DNA from: Glaucostegus cemiculus
Taxonomy: Eukaryota
Reading direction: 5' to 3'
Length of the DNA stretch: 64,000 nt
NCBI GenBank assembly: GCA_976551045.1
Contig: CDPCPM010000103.1
Location: 4,588,001 to 4,652,000, forward strand
Positions within the stretch are counted from its first letter, which is position 1. Every line of letters begins with the position of its first letter. The notes below the pieces were generated by a model. That model searched no databases, had not been told where the DNA came from, and saw only the letters and a list, made by a program, of their open reading frames with translations. Below, piece after piece: positions 39,117-51,800 of this stretch. The position numbers and the translations under genes were made by a program.

Positions 39117-40466
39117 AACTTGGAATTGGAACTGGAACTGGAATTGGTTTATTATTGTCAATTGTACCGAGGTACAGTGAAAAACTTGTCTTGCATATCA
39201 TTCATACAGATCAATTCATTACACAGTGCATTGATGTAGTAAAAGGTAAAGCAATAACAGAATGCAGAATGGAGTGTTACAGTTACAGAGAAGGTATAGT
39301 GCAGGTAGGTAATAAGGTGCAAGGTCATAAGAACGTAGATTGTGAGGGCAAGAGTCCATCTTATCGCACTCAGGAACTGTTCAATAGTCATATAACAGCA
39401 GGATAGCAGCAGTCTTTTCCCTGTGGTTCATGCTTTCAGGCTTTTGTATCTTCTGCCTGATGGGAGGGGGAGAAGAGAGAATGTCCAGGGTGGGTGGGGT
39501 CTTTGATTATGCTGGCTGCCTTACCAAGGCAGTGAGAAGCATAGACAGAGTCCATGGAGGGGAAGCTGGTTTCTGTGATGTGCTGGGCTGTGTCCACTAC
39601 TCTCTGCAATTTCTCGTGGTCCCAGGCAGAGCAGTTGCCATACCGAGCTGTAATGCATCCAGATAGAATGCTTTCTGTGGTGCATTGATAAAAGTTGGTG
39701 AGTGTCAAAGGAGACATGTCAAATTTCTTCAGCCTCCTGAGGAAGCAGAGGCACTGGTGAGCTTTCTTGGCCTTAATGTCTATGTAGCTGGACCACTACA
39801 GGCTATTGGTGATGTTCACTCCTAGGGACTCGGAGCTCTCAACCCTCTCGATCTCAGTACCATTGGTGTAGACAGGTGCATGTCACCAGCCCTTTTGTTT
39901 TGCTGACATTGAAGGAAAGATTGTTGTCATGACACCATGTCACTAAGCTCTCTGTTTCCTTCCTGTACTCTGACTCATTGTTATTTGATATTTGGCCCAC
40001 TATGATGGTATCATCTGCAAACTTATAGGTGGCGTTAGAGCAGAATCTGGCAACACAGTCATGAGTATATAGAGAGTAAAGTAGGGGACTGAGAATAAAG
40101 CCTTGTGGGGCACCAATATTGAGAATAATTATGCTGAAGGTGTTATTGCCTATCCTTACTGATTGCAGTCTGCTGGTCAGGAAGTCAAGGATCCAGTTGC
40201 AAAGGGAGGTGTTGAGTCCCAGGTCTTGGAGTTTGGTGATGAGTTTGCTTGGAATTATAGTATTGAAGTGGAGCTGCAGTCAAGAAACAATCGTCTAAAG
40301 TAGGTGTCTTTACTGTCCAGATGCTCCAGAGATGAGTGCAGGGCCAGGGAGATGGCATCCACTGTAGACCTGTTTTGGCAGTCAGCAAATTACAGTATGT
40401 CAAAGTTTTCTGGGAGGCTGGAGTTAATGTGTGCCATGACCAGCCTCTCGAAGCACCTCATGATGG
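39117..40466 (-). mobile_element. 5'-truncated Rex1/Babar-type LINE
   Basis: Minus-strand LTNFYQCTTESILSGCITARYGNCSA...KLQRVV and [19 protein letters not shown]-type RT segments. 3' end has AATAAA plus a (AATTCC/AGTTCC)n tail. Confidence 0.85.
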
Positions 40467-41029
40467 TAGGAGCAATTGCAGGCACACAATTTCTATATTC
40501 CAATTACAAATCAACACATATAAAATCAACAATTTCATATCTGAATGAGGATTCTACAACTAATGTACATCATTCACAATTGTGCACATAAACTGACAAT
40601 CCTTTATAACAATTTATCTCACACAATGTTTGGATTCATCAACACTTCCACAGGAGCTCTGTAAGATGCACCAATTCTCTCTTAGTCAACATAACACAGA
40701 AAACAAGGAAAATGCAAACACAATGAACATTCTTTACCATGGGGAATGTGATGGACATTTTATCATCTTATTTTTATTTACTGTCCAACTTCTCCGACCT
40801 ACAACGAAAAACATCAGATTTTGCAATTGTATTGATAACCTCACAGAAGTCTCTGAAGCAAAAGAATTATAATTCCACCAAGGCAAAGCAAATATTAGCC
40901 CTGGTATAGCCGCAGATCAAGATTAATGAATAACTCAAAACATGGTAAGTAACATTTGGAACCAAAATTAGTTATTGGATAGAATTTAATTATCTTTTCA
41001 CTTCATCCCCATCTCTGAATCACTGTGGA

Positions 41030-41530
41030 GGTACCTTTGCATTTCAGGAACATGCACAAACATACCCTTCATTAAGTTGGTGTTTATGGAAGCTGTTCAG
41101 ATGTGCAGATTGATTCCGTATCAAGAAAGATGTTGTTGGTGGTAGATCCTAACCATCTAAACTTGGTCACAGCCTCTAAAACATAATTGTTGATGTTGCA
41201 GGTGAGGGTCTCAGCGAAACCTTATTCTTGGTTTTATTCAGAGTCATGGTGAACCATATATCCTGGCATGCATGGGAAACGGATCGATGAGGTGCTGCAG
41301 GTGTTCCTCTCATGTTTTATCTTTGCCACATGATCGGCAAGGAGCATGTTTCTGATGAGGACTGTGCACACTTTTGGTTTTGCCCTGAGCCTGGAGGGGT
41401 TAAATAGTTTTCGATCTGACATTGTGAAGCAGTATACTCTATCTGTACCTGTGCCAAAGGTGTCTTGAGTAAGGGCAAAGACCATCCCAAACAGGGTCGA
41501 AGCAAGGACATAACCTTGCCTTACTGTTCT
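41030..41530 (-). mobile_element. RTE-clade LINE RT fragment
   Basis: VRQGYVLASTLFG...SDRKLFNPSRLRAKPKVCTVLIRNMLLADH, matching RTE GKLFNLARLRAKTKV...LLFADD. Confidence 0.85.
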
Positions 41531-43478
41531 TCATATGTTGCTCCATATTAAATGGTAGGACTTAATCAAGGCAAGGAGCTGTGGAAAAAGGCTAAGTCTT
41601 TTCAGCACTGAACACACTGTGTTTGTACACAAGATTAAGGCTTATGAAGGCAATGCACAACAGTTTTCTCTGTTCTCTGAATTTCTCCTGCAGCTGCTTT
41701 GAGGAACAAATCAAATTGAGGTTCCATTGCTTTCGAACTGCTCCATATTAAGGCAAATGAGCAGGTTAATGAAGAAGGAGCTGCACATTGCATCTGATCC
41801 AAACAGCATTTGATCCAATGACATGAAGTTAACTGAAATAAACAATTTATTAATTCAGAAAATTGCAAAGTTGTCCCAACAGCTCCATTCGTCACCTTGT
41901 CGGGCGACATTTTTCTAACCTATGCTGGAAATAATGCTGGAAGTTCTAGCCCTAGAATCAGGTAAGCTTAGAACCAGGAATAAGAAGATACCATGTGCTA
42001 AAAGAGATGGTAAATCAGAAACCTGACACCAACTTACACTGATTCCTGCATTTTATATAATCTCCTCGAAAAATCCCATTGGGAGAACTGGGCTGGTGAT
42101 TTCAATAAGATAATCACTCATTAAGCGTGATATTAACAAAAGGTTGGGACTTTAACTGAATGTGCACAGGTTTCCCAAGCTTCTTGGGAGTTGTCAGCAA
42201 AACCAAGGCTACAGCGCCAATGATTAGGGATTAAAAGTTCAATAGGCAAATTTGTCAGAAAATTCCACAACCTCACAATTGCTTTCTTGAAAGACTATGA
42301 AAATGTATCACTGGAAGATTATTTAGCAACCTCTAAATGTTTCATTAGAACTTGCTCTAAATTTGTGTACAATTCAGCTCACTTTCCAGACTAGAAATGC
42401 CAACTTGCATTTCATGACTCTCATTCACCATATCAATCTGGGCAATGTTCATGTTGCAATCTTGTAGACTCAAAAGAAGAGAATAATAAACAAGAGCATC
42501 AGAACCAATAGAAGCTGTAGTTCACACAAACTATATGCACCACTCAGGATTTACACACAAAGAGTTTTCTATAACATGTCTAAACATTAATGTCTGAGGT
42601 GGCTCAGAGTGTTGCAGAATACTGGAGCAAAACTTGCCTGCTAGACTTAATGATCCTGCAGACAACTTCAGAATCCATAAAATTTCATGCTTGTAATAAC
42701 CCTATAAATAGAGCAGCTAAAGATAAATTAGGTGAGTCTCCATGATGCTGACTCAGTCAAATTGCTCAAAATTCCTAAAATGGTACATTAATGCCGTGAA
42801 TGTGTTGAAGTAGCCCTGACAAACATACTGTAGAAAATTCTGAATCTACTACCTTATATTGACACTCTCTCCCAAGGAATTATTTAGCAGTTGAAAAATT
42901 CAAGACCTCAAAATTATAACAAATGTGCATAAACCATTTTGTGTTTAGAAGAAAGGCGACTGGATCTAGGAACCCCATCATATATTTAATGCATAAAAGC
43001 AAAATTGCTTTTCATATGTCAAAAACAGGGTCGCTCTGTAATTACAAGAAACATGGTTTGATATCTACTTCATTTAAACAGCTTTAGCCAGACACAGCTG
43101 CATCATGTGTAACATTATAACCTGGCATCATGGTCTCACTACAAAATAGGGCATTAAAAAGTATCTTATATAGCTTCTGCAAAACATTTGCTGGTTTAGT
43201 ACATATGACCTAGTTTGGCTTGTAAATCAAAAATTGTTTGGTAAATGAAAAATTATTTTCCACATTACTTTATCCCTATTACGAGTATAAACCTACATAG
43301 GGGTTTGAACTGAATATCTCAAGAAAGCTTAACCTATATTTAGTTTTACTCTGTGCCATTCCCTATTTTGTGCAATCAATCCAGTTCTAAATCTGCCTGG
43401 TATGCAATGAAAATATGTATATAGGTCAAAATAGATTTAAACAGGGTAATTTTAAATACACATAGTTTCAAAAATAAC

Positions 43479-43709
43479 ACATACAAACTGCTAGAGGAAC
43501 TCAGCAGGTCAGGCAGCATCTACGGAGGGAAATAAACAGTTGACATTTTGGGTCAAGTCCTGATGTCCCTGATGGCCTGATGAAGGCTATCAGCCCGAAA
43601 TGTCGACTGTTTATTTCCCTCCATAGATGCTGTCTGACCTGCTGAGTTCCTCCAGCATTTCGTGTGTGTTGCTCCAGATTCCAGCATCTGTAGAATCTCT
43701 TGTGGCCCC
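43479..43709. mobile_element. Penelope-derived fold-back element with 16-bp TSD
   Basis: TAGTTTCAAAAATAAC at 43463-43478 and 43710-43725. 77-bp inverted arms 43476-43552 and 43594-43670 (8 mismatches by eye). Confidence 0.9.
43572..43609 (+). ncRNA. Minimal type I hammerhead ribozyme motif (degenerate)
   Basis: CTGATGA 43577-43583, extra A, stem II GGCT-atc-AGCC, C-GAAA 43596-43600, TGTC (cleavage triplet GUC), then GACTG. Confidence 0.6.
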
Positions 43710-44979
43710 TAGTTTCAAAAATAACCCTATTTAATCCAAAATAGTTATTTCTGTAAACCTTGCGGTAAACACAGTGAACAGGATACGTTTCAAAGATGGC
43801 GAATCAAGCACTTCTACCTGAAAATGGATATGCATTTGTAACTTGCCATATTAGGGCATCAGTAGTCCCATTACCATTCAGGAAATTGGTGCTTTGAGGC
43901 TGGATTACTGAACTACTTGTTGGTTCAAGGAGGGTAATATTGATTGGATTTGAGGTGATGCATTCAAGATCTAAAACATGTTCCCAATGTCTTAAGTGCA
44001 ATGGGTTGTCACAACTTCTTCAGCTGCTCCTGTGACATTGGATGCAATTGGAGCTTAATTTAATTGAAGCAAAACAAAATTAAATCAATGAGTGGGAACC
44101 AATTGCCATTTAACAATATTCATTATAGAGATTAATGCAATCACTACAAAACTTATTACTGAAATCTTATCTACCTGGCACATGATGTTTCAAATTTCTC
44201 AATATAAGGCTTTTCCTTAAAGATTCTATTGGTGAACAGGTGCACCATTGTAATCAACAGACAAACTCCTATCTCTAAAAGGACATTTTAACTAACCATT
44301 CCCAGCTGGAGTCTGACTATTATATTAAAATATATTAACATTTTGAAGCAATCTTCCTATTTTGTCTCTTAAATACATCCAGAGTAAGAAACAAAAGGCT
44401 ACTCAGGCCATCAAACCTATTCTTAGCAGAGACTAAGAAAGATTTTAGCCAGAAAGTATTCCAATCTCCTTTGCATCTTATATGAGCTTTCCTGTGTGGT
44501 GTGTCTAGATGGTACTGGACAAGATACCAGATTTAGGCTTTCCCTGCCCTTTGGGCCTATATATCTAAAGTTCAAGTTTGCAGATGTCTCTGATTAGGTC
44601 TTGCCTTCTATGGTTGAGTAGCAATCACAAAGCAAAATATGCTCTAATTCCTATGTGTAGGCACCCAAATTTGAAAGGATTTCATCAAATTATTACTGTT
44701 AATTTACTTCCCTGATTCTTGCCAGCTTGCATATCAGCAGAGATTGTCATATTCTTGGAGTGCTCATATAACAGTTTTTAAAGGTAGCTGCCATGATCGA
44801 CAGCCTACACATCAAGTTTGCACATAGAGAGGCTTGGGGCATTATTAGGCCTGCGTGAAATATGGGGAAGTCCAACTGTACCCTTGAAAGTGACTTTGCA
44901 TGGAGCTTAGTATCCCACCCTTTCCTGCATGGAAGTGGTAACCCAACACTTCCAGACCCAATCACGATAACTGTTTGCT

Positions 44980-45370
44980 TCTTAAGGTCTTTTCCTCCAT
45001 TGTAGTTTGGGCATCTCCACCAATACAGACTTGCCAACATAGAGCATTTCCTGCGCTACTACAGGAGATACTACACTTGCCTTTCCACCTCTATTTTTCC
45101 CACCCCCCAGGGGTTCAAACACTCTTTTCAGGCAATGGAATGATTCATTTGCATTTCTTCCTTTTCAGTGTACTGCATGTGCTGCTCACAATATGGCCTC
45201 CTCCACATTGGGAGGGATAGTTCACAGGAATGACACTGAAATTGCCTAATTCCTCATTCCACTCCAATTCTGACCTCTCTGTCTTTGCCCTCCACCATTG
45301 TTCCGATGAAGCTCAATGTGGTTTGGAAAACATGGGCACTTTATTCCACACTGCATTCAGCAATTTCAGG
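44980..45370 (+). mobile_element. Penelope-like element GIY-YIG endonuclease remnant
   Basis: gtgtactgcatgtgctgctcacaatatggcctcctccacattggg = VYCMCCSQYGLLHIG (VYCIRC..CGLLYIG motif), followed by HSNSDLSVFALHHCSDEAQ. Confidence 0.75.
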
Positions 45371-45439
45371 AAAACATTATTTCCAGGTTTTGCATTTAAC
45401 ATTTTGAGCTTTTGCAGCTTTTTACCCTCTGGTAATTTC

Positions 45440-45690
45440 AGATAAAGAAAATTGACCTGATTATCTATATTGATTGGTAGACAATTATTGGACAGGGCAA
45501 CAAAGAGAAATCCTATACTTTTCCTCACATTACATCCACCTGAGGAGACAGGATCCCAGTTCACCATCTCATCAGAAAAGCAGGACCTCTGCTACTGGTG
45601 CTCCTCCTTCCTGGTGCATTGTAGAGTCACCATAGGGATTATATTCAAGTCCCTAGAATAGATCTGAAACTCTAGAGACTGCTGGGAATA
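45440..45690 (-). mobile_element. Decayed Deu-domain SINE (SacSINE1/AmnSINE1-like)
   Basis: ttacatccacctgagg...catctcatcagaaaagcaggacctc matches the reverse complement of the Deu domain (gatgagacgttaaacc...ctcaggtggacgtaa) as recalled. Confidence 0.6.
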
Positions 45691-45979
45691 TTACAAAGCC
45701 TGATATACCATTGCATCTGCTGTGGTTGGAAGCAGTGCCATTAACAAGACCAGACTTTACAACTCTGATCCTCTAGCATGATGAGGTCAAAGAAAATCAT
45801 CAGTAGTATAGTCTCATATCCTTAACAGAGATTGAGAAGTACTCTCTGCCAAGAATTTCACAACAGCTGAGGTTACCAACTTTATACTAAACCTGTACTA
45901 AAACCATCATGAAAACAATGGTTCCAGCCCCAGGTAGCAGCCATGCTGTTGTTGTCATAAAGGTAGCAGATACTGCTCT

Positions 45980-48877
45980 GAATGTACTGTATTTCAGTGT
46001 ATGTAGCATTAGAAATAAAGTGGATGACCCAGTAGCACAGCTACAGATTAAAAAATATGACATTGTAGCAATCACTGAGTCATGACTTTAATGATGGATG
46101 TGATTGGGAGCTGAATGTCTAAGGGTACCCAGTGTATAGGAAAAATAGGTGGGTAGGCAGAAGAGGTGGTGTGGCCCTGATGGTTAGCAATGATATAAAA
46201 TCAATAGAAAGAAGGGCCATAGGGTCAGAAGGAGTAGAATCCTTATGGGTTGAGTTAAGAAATGGCAAGGGTAAAAGAACACTAATAGCAGTTATATATA
46301 GGCCCCTAACAGCAGCCGGGATGTGAACTACAGGTTACAGTTGTAAATAGAAAAAGTGTGTCAGAGAGACAATGTCAGGATAATTATGGGGGATTTCAAC
46401 ATGAAGGTGGATTGGGAAAGCCAGGAAGGTAGTGGATCTCAGGAGAGAGAGTTTGTAGAATGTCTACGGGATGGCTTTTTGGAGCAGCTTGTTGATGAGC
46501 CCACCAGGGGATCAGCTGTTTTGGATTGGGTGCTGTGTAATGAACCTGAGGTGATTAGGAAAATAAAGGTAAAAGAACCATTAGGAAGTAGTGATCATAA
46601 TATGATTGAGTTCAGTTTCAAATCTGAAAAGGAGAAGCAAAAATCAGATGTATCAATATTTCAGTGGAACAAAGGAAATTACAGTGGCATGAGAGAGGAA
46701 CTGGCCCAAAATGATTGGAAATGTAAGCTACTTGGAGGGACAGCAGAGCAGCAATGGATGAAATTTCTACAAGAAATAAGGAAAGTGCGGGACGGATATA
46801 TTTCAAGAAAAAAGGTTATGAATGGAAAAATAGCATGAATGTGGCTAACGAGAGAGGTTAAGGCTAAAATAAAAGCAAAAGGGAGGGCATCCAAGGAAGC
46901 AAAAGTTAGTGGGAAAACAGAAGACTGGGAAACTTTTAAAAACTTACAGAAAAAAACTAAGAAGGTCATTAGGAATGAAAAGATGAATTATGAAAGGAAG
47001 TTGGCAGACAATATACAAAAGGATACTAAGACTTTTTTTTATATATATATATATATATGAAGAGTAAAAGAGAGACACGGGTAGATATAGGACCAATTGA
47101 AAATGATGCGGGAGAGATTATAATGGATAACAAAGAGATGGCAGAAGAACTAAATGTGTATTTTGCATTAGTCTTCACTGTGGAAGACATCAGCAATATA
47201 CCTGATAGTCAGGGGTCTCAGGGGGTAGAACTGAGTTCAATCAAGATTACTAGAGAGAAGGTGCTCAGATAGCTAAATGGACTGAGGACAGACAAGTCTC
47301 ACAGTCCAGATGAAGTGCACCCTCAGGTTCTGAAGGAGGTGGCTTTAGGGATTGTGGAGGCATTGGTGATAATTTTCCAGGCATCAATAGACTCTGGCAT
47401 GGTTCTGGAGGAATGGAAGGTCACAAATGTATTTCCGCTGTATAAGAAAGATGGGAGGCAGCATAAGGGAAATTGCAGACCTAGTAGTCTGATATCAGTG
47501 GTTGGAAAGTTACTGGAGTCGATTCTCAAGGACGTGGTTATGGAATTTCTAGAGGTGCATACAAGATAGGTCCAAGCCAGCATGGTTTCAGGAAGGGAAG
47601 ATACTGCCTGACCAACCTATTGGAGTTTTTTGAGGAAATCTCAAATAGGATGGATAAGGGAGAGGCTATGAATGTAGTGTATTTGGATTTTCAAAAGGCC
47701 TTCGACAAGGTGCCGCACAAGAGACTGCTTAATAAGATGAGAGCCCATGGGATTACAGGAAGGATATTAGAATGGGTGAAGCATTGGCTGATAGGCAGAA
47801 AGCAAAGGGTGGGAATAAAAGGATCCTGTTCTGATTGGCTGCCGGTTGCAGTGGTGCTCCGCAAGGGTCGGTGTTGGGACTGCTTCTTTTTACACTGTAT
47901 ATCTATGATTTAGATTATGGGTAAATGGTTTTGTGGCTAAGTTTGCAGATGACACCAAGATAGGTGGAGGAGTAGGAAGTATTGAAGGAACATGAAGGTT
48001 GCAAAGAGACTTAGACAGTTTAGGAGCATGGGCAAAGAAATGGCAGATGAGATTCAATGTTGAGAAATGTGCGGTTGTACACTTTGAAAGAAGAAATAAA
48101 TGGGCAAATTATTATTTAGATGGGGAGAAAATTCAAAGTACAACAGTGCAAAGGGACTTGGGGGTCCTCGTGCAGGATACCCTCAAGGTTAACCACCAGG
48201 TTGGATCGGTGGTAAGAAAAGTGAATGCTATGTTAGCATTCATTTCAAGAGGTATAATGTATAAAAGTAAGGATGTGTTGATGAGGCTCTATGGGGCACT
48301 GGTGAGACCTAATTTGGAATACTATGTGTAGTTTTGGGCCCCTTATCTTAGGAAGGAATGTACTGATGGTGGAGTGGGTTCAGAGAAGATTTACAAGGAT
48401 GATTCCTGGAATGAAAGGGCTTACATACGATGAGTGATTGTCGGCTCTTGGACTGTGTTCATTGGAGTACAGAAGAATGAGAAGGGACCTCATAGAAACA
48501 TTTTGAATGTTGAAATGACTGAACAGAGTAGATGTGGCTAAGCTGTTTCCCTTGGTGGGTGAGTTCAGGACTAGAGGGTACAGACTTAGAATTAGAGGGT
48601 ACCCATTTAGAACAGAAAAGAGAAGAAATTTCTTTAGCCAAGAGGTCGTGGATTTATGGAATTCATTGCCCCATACAGCTGTAGAGGCCCAATCATTGGG
48701 GGTGTTTAAGGAGGAGATTGATAGGTATCTGATTAGTCAAGGTATCAAGGGATATGGGGAAAAGGCTGGAATTGGGGCTAGATGGGAATAGTTTAGCTCA
48801 TGGTGAGGTAGTGGAGTAGATTCGATGGGTCGAATGGCCTATTTCTGCTCCTTTGTCTTGTGTGATCTTGTGATCTT
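45980..48877 (+). mobile_element. CR1 LINE with near-complete but disrupted ORF2 (APE + RT) and 3' tail
   Basis: GGGVAL, MGDFN and GSSDHN endonuclease motifs; YLDFQKAFDKVPH and FADDTK (~47942). Multiple stops and frameshifts, (TA)n at 47040, (GTGATCTT)n tail. Confidence 0.95.
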
Positions 48878-51800
48878 TTGAATTATGGAACAATTATAGG
48901 ATTCCACAAATTTCATACAGGGGAAATTTGAGACAATGATAAAATGGGCCCCTATCCTGGATTCTTTGTGCACTACTAGCAGCTGTTCAATTGTGTACCT
49001 TAGCCTGGATTTTGCGTAGGAACAATATCAGGCCCACCATTGTTCTGGAGTAAATCTGAATATCATCCACAAACTGCACATGCACAATGAAACAGAAAAA
49101 AACATGAATTGCTGTTCAAGTTCCCTTATTTCTCCACAAACCTCACTGCACCACTACCTGACCTTGAGGCACAACATTCAAATGCATGACAGATGCAAAG
49201 TTGTTCTATTTACCCACTGGATACCCATTAATACTTAGAGCTTGTTCATTCAAAGGCAATGGATTCTTAATAGCGTGATGGGTCAGAATAACTGCCAAAC
49301 AACCTGCCCGGAAATGAAAATTCATTTTTTTTGGTGACTCATTCTTCATTGTTGTTGGACATGTAGAAAAAAATAGAATTAAGTGTATTTTTTAACCTTG
49401 TTGATGGTAATGTTAAAAACATTTTGCTTCAGTTGCTCGGTTAACTAAAGAATCCAATAGTGTGTATGAATATCAATTATAAGTACACCATTTATCTTGA
49501 ACATTCTCAGACACAAAACCGTTCATCTGCCAGAGCTGGGCTGAGGGAGGATTTTCTCCTTAATCCATCTGATCCACCTTCATCAGTTCAAAACATTGAT
49601 GATAAAGTTTTTTTTAATTAAAAGCTGTGTTTTGTGATTCTTCAAAATCCCATTCTAAAGAGTAGATTAAAATCAACATATCATTTGGCATGTGTACATT
49701 TTAACCTGCATGCCACTAACAAGACCAAAGAAACCATCTGATTTACTGGTACATTTAAAGGTAATCATTTTGATGATTACTAACAACTTGCTATCATAAT
49801 AGACGGGGGTACTTTTATTATTCTGAAATCCTTATCTTGCTGATTCTTCAGAAGAATGTTTTGTCTTTGAACCAGTCTCAGCAAAATACAGTTACTTCCA
49901 TCCTTCCTCATACTTAAATGAAATTAGCACTCTATATGAGAATAATTTTAGTGCCGAGAGAAAAATAAGGCTCTGGTGCTGAAGAGCAGGAAGTCATAAT
50001 CTGCAGTGTTTTTGTGTAAATTCTAAGTACAATATTTTGATGGTAAGTCACTAAGGAAGGCAATTTAATTGATTAGCTTGATTTTCTAGGGCTAATACTC
50101 TGTTGACAACTTATAGTTTCGGTAGCTAAAATGTCAGAACAAGTGAACTGTAGAACTAACTGTGGAATAAGGATTCTCTGATTTAATATTCAATTGTCTG
50201 TTACCATCAAACAACTGAGAAAAAAATTATTTAGAGAAAATTACAACGCTTTGTGCAGCTTACTTGAACAATGTTGAGAGTGGCTGAATAATTTATCTTT
50301 TATCTTTACATTTTTTTCTAAAAGTTCTTCAGTTTGTTGTTGCTCCTTCTTTCAGTTGTTAAATTGAAATTGTGCAGATCATCGTCACTGTAAAACTTCC
50401 AGTTACAGTACAATCTAACCCTCCCTTTAATTCATTTTTTAATGTTCCATTAATAGCTATGTTGAGTGGCATTCACTATAATGTACACTTCATTACAAAA
50501 TGCTAAGTGCCTGGTTCCCAAGAACCATGTTATAATGGAGGTTTGTTCCTATTCTGCCTTCTTCAGAAAATGATGTGAAACTTTGAGGTTGTTTGGCACA
50601 GAAATGAGAAAATCTGCCTAGAGCTACTCAAGGACTAATTATTAAAACTAACATAAATGTCTTTCTATTACCCTGATCACTCCATTGTTTAGGATTTTGA
50701 CAGATATCACAAATGCAAGTTGCAAGACATTCACTTCTCAAAATTGTTAATCGGCACTTTTTCATTTCAGTGAGTCTGGCAGTGGCAAAATGTTCGCTTT
50801 GGGTATTTTTTCTTATTACCATTCACTGCTGTTGGGACTGGTTTACTTTGAACATTCTATGTTATTGTGAATGTAATTGCACGTTAGCAAATCAAGAATT
50901 CATGGCCTTCCCCTTTCCAATTACCCTAAGTTCAAACCATTTCAGATGCACTTTCTTTCAACTGTTGTATAGAGTGCATTGGCCTTCCTGTTATTGCAGA
51001 AGGAGCATTTCCTCTTGATCCTTCTCGACCCCTTTTCCTCTCCAGCAGGTTTCCATTTTATGTACTGCTGCCCGTTGACAGGCATACTATCCTTGGCTTA
51101 ATGTCACAACTATTTTTCTGCAGCTATAGGTGCAAATGCTACCAGAATAAAAGAGTTGTAACGCGGAGAATGCCAGTAATTCAAAGTGAGAATTACTCTG
51201 TCAGAACTTGAGATGAGAACAAATAGAAACAACAAAGAGCAAATAAAGGGTTAAAGAGAATATTAAAATAAGTAATTTATACTGTTATTTAAATGCAATT
51301 TAAGAAGCATGTTAGAAATTCTGATGACAAATTTCCCCTATTTATTATCTTATATGAGGAAGCTTGATAATATCATGTATTTAAAGAATCTAGAAATTAT
51401 ACTTAAGCCACAAAATATTTGCACCAGAATTAAAACATAATTTTCCCTCAAAGATAAAAATGGTAAAATTTCAAAGTAATTTCACTTGAAAGGTTCTAGT
51501 AATTATGCAGCACTGATAGGACCAGAATTTAATCCACAAATATGCCAATAAACAAAGTAATTATTACACTGAAATTATATGTTTCTTGAATGTCATATTA
51601 CTTAATATTTAGACTAATTTCTGTTGATATGAATTTTCATTCTTTACCTTTTGAAGATGAATACATTATGTTAAAGAACTTCACCCCCATGGCTTCCTAC
51701 GTTAAGTATTCAAGCTGCGTATTCATAGAAAAGTATGAGATTGTGACTTATTCTGAAATTGCTTCAATTTATAGTGTATTCTTCTCAGATAAGGAGGAAT

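Noticed and set aside
43476-43670. Pre-miRNA or DNA-transposon MITE
   Set aside because: The long TSD, asymmetric tail and link to Penelope termini fit a retroelement origin better. Small-RNA production cannot be judged from sequence.
46356-48791. Several 60-160 aa ORFs as host genes
   Set aside because: They are fragments of a disrupted CR1 ORF2.
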